A stretch of DNA of 64,000 bases from Thermoplasmata archaeon (lineage in GTDB: Archaea; Thermoplasmatota; Thermoplasmata; Lutacidiplasmatales; UBA184): NCBI GenBank assembly GCA_035532555.1, contig DATKQS010000006.1:9380-73379 (forward strand), in the 5' to 3' direction. Numbering within the stretch: position 1 is the first letter of the stretch; every line of letters starts with the position of its first letter. Positions 58,794 through 64,000 of this stretch are shown here, in pieces. The translations under genes and the position numbers were made by a program. The notes beneath the pieces were generated by a model. It searched no databases. It worked only from the letters and a program-made list of their open reading frames with translations, and was not told where the DNA came from.

Positions 58794-59624
58794 TCATGGT
58801 GCCGGACCTGACGGACCCGCGGCCGCGGAGCTCGCCCCGGCCGATTGGAGGAAGCCCGAAATCGCCTGCGCGGTCTCGGTCGGTCGCTCCACGGGGATCA
58901 TGTGGCCCGTGTCCCGGAACAGTCGGAGCTCGGAACCCGGGATCGATTGACGCAGGAATCGTCCGTGCGACCCGTCGATGACCCGGTCGTCCATCGCCTG
59001 GATGATCAGGGTCGGGAGCCGGATCCGCAAGAGGCGGCCCCGGAGGTCGAAGCTCTGGATGGCACGCCCCCACAACGCGACCGCGCGGAAGGAACGCTCG
59101 TCGAACTGCGATCGCATCCGGTCCAGATAATCGAGGTGCGCTTCGATCCACTCGGGGTAGTACAGGTCCTTGACCAGCAGGAGCAGTAGGGCCTCGCGCC
59201 CCTCGGTCTCGTAGGTCTTCGCCCAGTTCTCTCCGACCTCCTTCGTGTGGGGATCGCAGCGAGCCGACGCGCCGAGCACCGTCAGGCTCACCAGGCGCGT
59301 CGGATGATCGAGGGCCATGCGCATCGCGAGGAACCCTCCCGCGCTCAGGCCGACCAGGTGGCAGCGCGCGAGCCCCCGTTTCTCCAACAGCTGGAGGAGG
59401 TCCCTCTCCAGCTCCTCGAAGGAGAAGCGCGAATTCTCGCCGTCGGAGGACCGTCCGTGACCCCGCAAATCGGGCGCGATCACTCGGAACTTGTCCGAAA
59501 GGAGAGGGATGACGCCGTTCCACACCTGATGGTCGCCCCCGAGCCCATGGAGGAGAACCAGCGCCGGACCGTTCCCTTCCTCCCGAGCGTACAGTTCCAC
59601 GGGAGGGGAGATGGGCTCCGACAT
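58794..59624 (-). CDS. Alpha/beta fold hydrolase
   Basis: LLHGLGG, PDLRGHGRS, GLSAGG nucleophile elbow, GH catalytic His. Confidence 0.93.
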   Translation of the reverse strand: MSEPISPPVELYAREEGNGPALVLLHGLGGDHQVWNGVIPLLSDKFRVIAPDLRGHGRSSDGENSRFSFEELERDLLQLLEKRGLARCHLVGLSAGGFLAMRMALDHPTRLVSLTVLGASARCDPHTKEVGENWAKTYETEGREALLLLLVKDLYYPEWIEAHLDYLDRMRSQFDERSFRAVALWGRAIQSFDLRGRLLRIRLPTLIIQAMDDRVIDGSHGRFLRQSIPGSELRLFRDTGHMIPVERPTETAQAISGFLQSAGASSAAAGPSGPAP

Positions 59625-59669
59625 GACCCCGCAACGGAGCCTCCCGTCTTAACAGCTAGTCCAGGTTCC

Positions 59670-59985
59670 GAGGTGATGCCGCGTTTCCCGGGCCGGTGAT
59701 GCTAACGATTGGGCAGATCCGGGCTTCGGTCCGATCCCGAGCCGGCCCAGTCTCAGTTGAAGCGGATTCGGGACGTGTCCCTTCGTGGGTAGATCCGCGC
59801 CTCAGAGGACGATATCCCCGCTCTCCGCGGAAGGCACGTTGTTCGCGTCCGCCCTGATGATTCGAAGCCGCTCCACAGAGCTCCCGTACTAGGCGTCGGA
59901 ATCCGACAGCCCCGGTATCGAGGGAGGTCGCCCGTCGATTTCTACCCGCGAATGCGCGCGAAGGGCACGGGCGTTCGATTCCGCA
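59670..59985. ncRNA. Candidate structured non-coding RNA (unassigned)
   Basis: ORF-free ~300 nt with consecutive helices including a C(UUCG)G loop on +; no RNase P or SRP consensus seen. Confidence 0.4.
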
Positions 59986-60019
59986 CGCCTAAATACTGCC
60001 CCATCGGTGGTAGGCCGCG

Positions 60020-60646
60020 ATGTCGCGCGGCGTGATGCTGATGAGCGGTGGGATCGACTCGCCGGTCTCGCTGTACTACCTCCTCCGCCAGGGTCACGAG
60101 ATGATCACCGTCCACATGGACAACCGACCGTTCACCGACGATTCGCCGCTGGAGAAGGTCGTGGACCACCTCCAGGTGCTGCGCGAGCGCTTCCACCAGC
60201 CCATCCCGCTGTATGTCCTGCCGCACGGACCGACCCAGATCACGCTGATGCGGAACACCGATCGCCACGTGGGTTGCGTGCTCTGCCGCCGGTTCATGTG
60301 GCGATCGGCAGAGCGGATCGCGGAACGGGAGAACGCGACGTTCCTCGCGACCGGCGAATCCCTCGGTCAGGTCGCATCGCAAACGCTCAGCAACATGCGC
60401 TCCGCGACCTCGAGCGTACGCCTGCCGATCGTCCGACCGCTCATCGGATTCGACAAGATCGAGATCGAGACGGTGGCGAAGGAGATCGACACCTACGAGA
60501 TCTCCACCCGCCCGGGCCTCTGCTGCCAGGCCGTCCCCGACAAGCCGGCGACGCGCTCGAACCTTGTCCAGATCCTGGGCGAAGAGGAGCGGATCGATGT
60601 CGACGACATGATCGAGGAGTGCATCCGCAAAGCCATCGTGATGTGA
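60020..60646 (+). CDS. ThiI-like PP-loop sulfurtransferase, catalytic domain only
   Basis: SGGIDSPV, CVLCRRFM, TGESLGQVASQTL.N, RPLIGFDK, YEIS...CC; no NFLD/THUMP domain. Confidence 0.9.
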   Translation: MSRGVMLMSGGIDSPVSLYYLLRQGHEMITVHMDNRPFTDDSPLEKVVDHLQVLRERFHQPIPLYVLPHGPTQITLMRNTDRHVGCVLCRRFMWRSAERIAERENATFLATGESLGQVASQTLSNMRSATSSVRLPIVRPLIGFDKIEIETVAKEIDTYEISTRPGLCCQAVPDKPATRSNLVQILGEEERIDVDDMIEECIRKAIVM

Positions 60647-60711
60647 CGGGATCGGGTGCGGACACCTCGAACCGGCCGAGCCTCTATTAGGACCGCGAGC
60701 TTGTTCGAGCC

Positions 60712-62175
60712 GTGGCCGCGTGGGGCAGCGGATTCGCCGCTCCGTGGGCCCTCGGTCTGTATATCGGGACCTTCGCGATCCTCGGCTGGCTCGTATTGTG
60801 GTACGAGAGGGAAGCTCAGGGCGCTTCGAGCGGATGGGCCCACCGCTGGGTCGCGCGGCTCACGGGCGGAAGCGACCTCTCCTGGATCGATGCGCGGCTC
60901 CTGACGGCGGTCGCCGCCGGAGCGTTCGCGCTCGGTGCGATCGCGAACGCAGCGTTGGGAGCGTACGCCTGCAGTGCCCCCGGTCCCTCCGACCTCACGA
61001 CGCTCTTCACCTCGGGCCAGGAATTCCTGCGGGGGGGCGATCCGTTCACGATCACCGCCTGCGGGGTCTCAGGAAACCCGGTGCCCGCCGGAATGGCGTC
61101 GGTCCTCCTCGACGCGCTCGGCAGCCTCGGCGGGGAGGTGGGGACCCTACTGGTCTGGGGAGCGGTCTCCGTCGCGCTCGTGCCGCTCGTCTGGAGCCTC
61201 GCTGGCACGCGCCGGGCCGTGACGACCGTCGGAATCCTCGTCTCGTTCCTCTATCTACCGGTGGTCGCGGTCCAGGTGGATGGCGCGAGCCTCGCGATCG
61301 TTCCGCTGGCCGTGCTCCTCGTGCTTTACCTCGCCCGTCGCGGTTGGGCGCGGGCGGCGGCCATCGGCGGGTTCCTCGCGACGGGACGGTTCCCCGCGCT
61401 GTTCCCGATCTTGGCCGCGACCGGTCGTGCCGGAGCGCGCCGGGCGATCGCCTTCGCGAGCGCGCTGGGGATCTTTGCGGCCGTCACGCTGATCTCGATC
61501 GCAATCTACGGGAGCGCCTTCCCCGGTCCGGTGTTCTTCGCCCAGTTCGCCCGCGGGGATTCCTCGCTGAACTACTGGGGCGTCCTGCAGGGCGAGGGCT
61601 GGCTCAACACCTCGAGCGCGCTGACGATCGTTCAGGCCTCGCTCACCATCGTCCTCGTGGGAGTGACGTGGGTGTGGGCTCGCTCCGCGCTCGGAGCGAT
61701 CGCGATCGTCCTGACGGGCACGGTCCTGCTGACTCAGTATCTCTCCTTCACGGCCCTGATCTTCCTCCTTCCGGTCGCCCTGTTCGGTTCCCGGGCGCGA
61801 TGGTGGCTGTGGGCGATCGGGCTCGTTGCGATCTCGAACTACCTCCTCGCCATCCAGTCCTACGCGTCGATCGGCGGCTCCGCGATTCCATCGTACGTTC
61901 TGGATCTCGCTCTCACGGTGCTGGTCCTCGGATTGCTGATCGAGTTGCTCCGGACGGAACTGGCCCGGTATCCGAGCCCTGAAGGTTCGATCGAGGCGGC
62001 GATGTCCGGGGACGAGCGGCCGGCACCGCGCGCCCGCGATTCGCCATCTCGAGCGAGCGGCCTCCATCCAACGCCCCTGAGGAGCCGACTCGGACGGGAG
62101 AACGCCGAATCCTACCCTCGCGGGGCGGCACCGCGTCGCGAGCCGACGCTTGAAATACGCGAGCGCGTCATCTAG
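60712..62175 (+). CDS. Polytopic membrane protein, possibly a GT-C fold glycosyltransferase
   Basis: More than ten TM helices; DL...SGQEFLRGGDPF loop resembles GT87-type proteins. Confidence 0.65.
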   Translation: MAAWGSGFAAPWALGLYIGTFAILGWLVLWYEREAQGASSGWAHRWVARLTGGSDLSWIDARLLTAVAAGAFALGAIANAALGAYACSAPGPSDLTTLFTSGQEFLRGGDPFTITACGVSGNPVPAGMASVLLDALGSLGGEVGTLLVWGAVSVALVPLVWSLAGTRRAVTTVGILVSFLYLPVVAVQVDGASLAIVPLAVLLVLYLARRGWARAAAIGGFLATGRFPALFPILAATGRAGARRAIAFASALGIFAAVTLISIAIYGSAFPGPVFFAQFARGDSSLNYWGVLQGEGWLNTSSALTIVQASLTIVLVGVTWVWARSALGAIAIVLTGTVLLTQYLSFTALIFLLPVALFGSRARWWLWAIGLVAISNYLLAIQSYASIGGSAIPSYVLDLALTVLVLGLLIELLRTELARYPSPEGSIEAAMSGDERPAPRARDSPSRASGLHPTPLRSRLGRENAESYPRGAAPRREPTLEIRERVI

Positions 62176-62179
62176 GACG

Positions 62180-62680
62180 ATGGCGCCGAGCTCGACGCCG
62201 ACCTATCCGGTCGGCGCGTACTACCTGACGATCTTCGGCGGGATCGTCATCGCGTTCGTCGGCGTGATTCTGTTCTTCGCCGGCATTACCTTCACGATCT
62301 TCTTCTCGGAGGTCGGGACGACGATCCTGATCTTCTCGTTCCTGGGAGTCCTGGTCGGACTGCTGCTGCTCGTGTGCGCGTGGATGCTGCGGCACACGCA
62401 CCGGTGGACCTCCGCGATCGGAGTGCTGATCGTGCTCCTCGCCGGAGCGAGCCTGCCGTTCACGCTGGGCGGATTCGGCTTCGGCTTCATCCTCGCCCTA
62501 GTCGGAGGGATCCTCGCCATCCTGTGGAAACCGTCCGCCCGTGGCCCGATGTTCGTCTACACCACCCCCGCCGGCGCGTCTCCCAACCTCCCATCGCTCC
62601 AGCGCGTTTGTCCGGCATGCGGCGCGATGAGCTCGCCGGGCTCGACGTTCTGCTCGAAGTGCGGGAAACCGTACGCCTGA
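62180..62680 (+). CDS. Four-TM protein with a C-terminal zinc ribbon
   Basis: GGFGFGFILALVGGILAI; CPACG...FCSKCG. Confidence 0.8.
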   Translation: MAPSSTPTYPVGAYYLTIFGGIVIAFVGVILFFAGITFTIFFSEVGTTILIFSFLGVLVGLLLLVCAWMLRHTHRWTSAIGVLIVLLAGASLPFTLGGFGFGFILALVGGILAILWKPSARGPMFVYTTPAGASPNLPSLQRVCPACGAMSSPGSTFCSKCGKPYA

Positions 62681-62800
62681 ACGCGAGGCCCGTACTCTTG
62701 GGAACGGCGTCCGGTACCCGGTACCCCGAGCTCCAGGACCGAGAGCGTATTCGGCCGATTGGACTCGGCTTGAAATAGGCGAAGGGGCGTGAAATGCCCG

Positions 62801-63304
62801 ATGCCGCCCGAAGGCTCCGAGGAGCTCCGCCCGATCGCTTCCCTCCTGGCACGCATTGGAGGGGTCCTGATCCTTCTCGGGGGTCTGCTCACGCTGATCT
62901 TCGCGGCGGTCAACTACTACCCCGGGTACCGGCCCGGCCCGGTGGACCACTCCTTCTGGGGGGGCCTCATCGTCGGCTTCATCGCCGTCATCCTGGGGTT
63001 CGTAATCTTCGCTCTCGGCGAGCGCCTGAAGCCCGGCCACTCCGATGTGGTCCTTTGGAGCGTGGTGATCGTGGCCCTCGCCGCGATCAGCCTCGCCGCA
63101 GAGGGTTGGTTCACGGCGATCGGGTTCATCTTCGCCCTGATCGCGGGGATCCTCGGGATCATCTGGGCCGTGATCCAGACCTCGGGGACTCCTCCCCCGG
63201 TGCCCCCGATGCTGTACGCGCGCGCCTGTCTGTCGTGCGGAGCGCTCAACTCGGGCTCGGCCGCCTACTGCCAGAGCTGCGGGAAACCGCTCAATCGGCC
63301 GTAG
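62801..63304 (+). CDS. Four-TM protein with a C-terminal zinc ribbon (paralog of upstream gene)
   Basis: IGFIFALIAGILGI; CLSCG...YCQSCG. Confidence 0.8.
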   Translation: MPPEGSEELRPIASLLARIGGVLILLGGLLTLIFAAVNYYPGYRPGPVDHSFWGGLIVGFIAVILGFVIFALGERLKPGHSDVVLWSVVIVALAAISLAAEGWFTAIGFIFALIAGILGIIWAVIQTSGTPPPVPPMLYARACLSCGALNSGSAAYCQSCGKPLNRP

Positions 63305-63314
63305 GAGCTCCGGC

Positions 63315-63629
63315 GTGACGCCTCGGTCCTCATCGGTCTCCCCCGTGTACGAGACCGTGCGCCTCTGCTCGGGGAAGGGATCCTACGAGGCTCTTCCTCG
63401 GAGGGGCTATACCTTCGATCTCGAGCGCGCGCGCCACCTACTGGAATCGGAGGGGATCCCCGTCACCAACGCGCGTGTGATGCTGATCGTCTCGACGAAA
63501 CCGGAGATTACCCTGAGCCGCAATGGGCGGATCCTGATCAAGACCCGGGACCCCCGTGAGGCGGAACGCGCCCTCGACTCCCTCTTGGAGCATCTCCGGC
63601 TGCCGGGGCGGGCTTCCCGGTCAGGTTAA
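63315..63629 (+). CDS. Small conserved hypothetical protein
   Basis: LCSGKGSYEA.P...ITLSRNGRILIKT; AGGAG SD. Confidence 0.65.
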   Translation: MTPRSSSVSPVYETVRLCSGKGSYEALPRRGYTFDLERARHLLESEGIPVTNARVMLIVSTKPEITLSRNGRILIKTRDPREAERALDSLLEHLRLPGRASRSG

Positions 63630-63665
63630 AGACCCGAACGTTCTCGTACGATCCCCGAGGGATCG

Positions 63666-64000
63666 ATGCGCGAGACGTGGGTCGTCGCAGCCGCTTCCAA
63701 CCGGTACGGCAAGATGAAGGAGAGCGGCCGGGAGGCCGCCACGCGCGTCGCCTGGGAAGCGATCGAGCGCTCGGGCCTTGCCCCGAAGGACATCGGCTAC
63801 ACGTTCGTCTCGAACGCCTTCGGAGTGGCCGAGCGCCAAGCCCATGTCGGGCCGCTCATCAACACCTCGCTCGGGATCCCGGACGTGCCGTCGTGCACGA
63901 TCGAATCCGCCTGTTCGAGCTCGAGCGCCGGGCTCCACGAGGCGTTCGTCCACGTGGCGGGAGGCTTCGCCGACGCGGCGCTCGTCGTGGGCGTCGAGAA
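63666..64000 (+). CDS. Thiolase-domain protein (SCP2-thiolase type), truncated by window end
   Basis: MRETWVVAA...IESACSSSS...ALVVGVE. Confidence 0.9.
   Translation, partial: MRETWVVAAASNRYGKMKESGREAATRVAWEAIERSGLAPKDIGYTFVSNAFGVAERQAHVGPLINTSLGIPDVPSCTIESACSSSSAGLHEAFVHVAGGFADAALVVGVE

Noticed and set aside
59827..59871. CTGATGA followed by GAA as a hammerhead ribozyme core
   Set aside because: No stem II, GAAG instead of GAAA, and no NUH cleavage triplet
59641..59990. RNase P RNA, SRP RNA, or TPP/FMN/glycine/fluoride riboswitch
   Set aside because: Only isolated short words match (CTGAGA, GAACCTG, GCAGATCCGG, GGTGATG); the order and spacing of the conserved elements are absent
1..64000. 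Many long alternative-frame and antisense ORFs (e.g. 18269-20275, 19924-22128, 27453-29591, 37915-40062, 54142-56349)
   Set aside because: Arg/Gly/Pro-rich shadows of real genes, expected at this GC content; where they contain real genes I trimmed to the supported start
1..64000. CRISPR array, rRNA, prophage or classical defence island
   Set aside because: No regularly spaced repeats, rRNA-like sequence, cas, integrase or viral structural genes seen

Overview
GC-rich archaeal chromosomal segment. Marker genes (proteasome alpha subunit, membrane-anchored LonB, TBP, Orc1/Cdc6, Rpp21, class I CCA-adding enzyme, Tsr3, archaeal GluRS), together with bacterial-type uvrA/uvrC, folD and lipA, point to a high-GC Thermoplasmatota; the lineage is my inference. 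Most of the window is housekeeping, with four tRNAs (Thr-CGT, Ala-CGC, Gln-CTG, Leu-CAA), a NiCoT-nikR pair, a pstSCAB-phoU operon, and a small accessory patch beside tRNA-Ala (VOC pseudogene, ChrB-like gene, MFS, CDF, tnpB remnant, vapBC). Best second-look items: (1) a three-gene membrane module at 19.1-23.6 kb, with a repeated MxxxM-bearing membrane domain, a NapH/CcoG-like 4Fe-4S domain and a vicinal-Cys membrane partner, which I read as a candidate metal (Cu) reduction/translocation system; (2) a 34-nt intron with a bulge-helix-bulge motif at the non-canonical T-loop position 59/60 of tRNA-Gln; (3) a ~300-nt ORF-free structured region directly upstream of a ThiI that lacks its THUMP domain; (4) a solo TnpB whose RuvC-III Asp is replaced by Gln; (5) an ACE-like M2 peptidase without a signal peptide. 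All calls come from motif recognition by eye; no database searches or folding programs were run.
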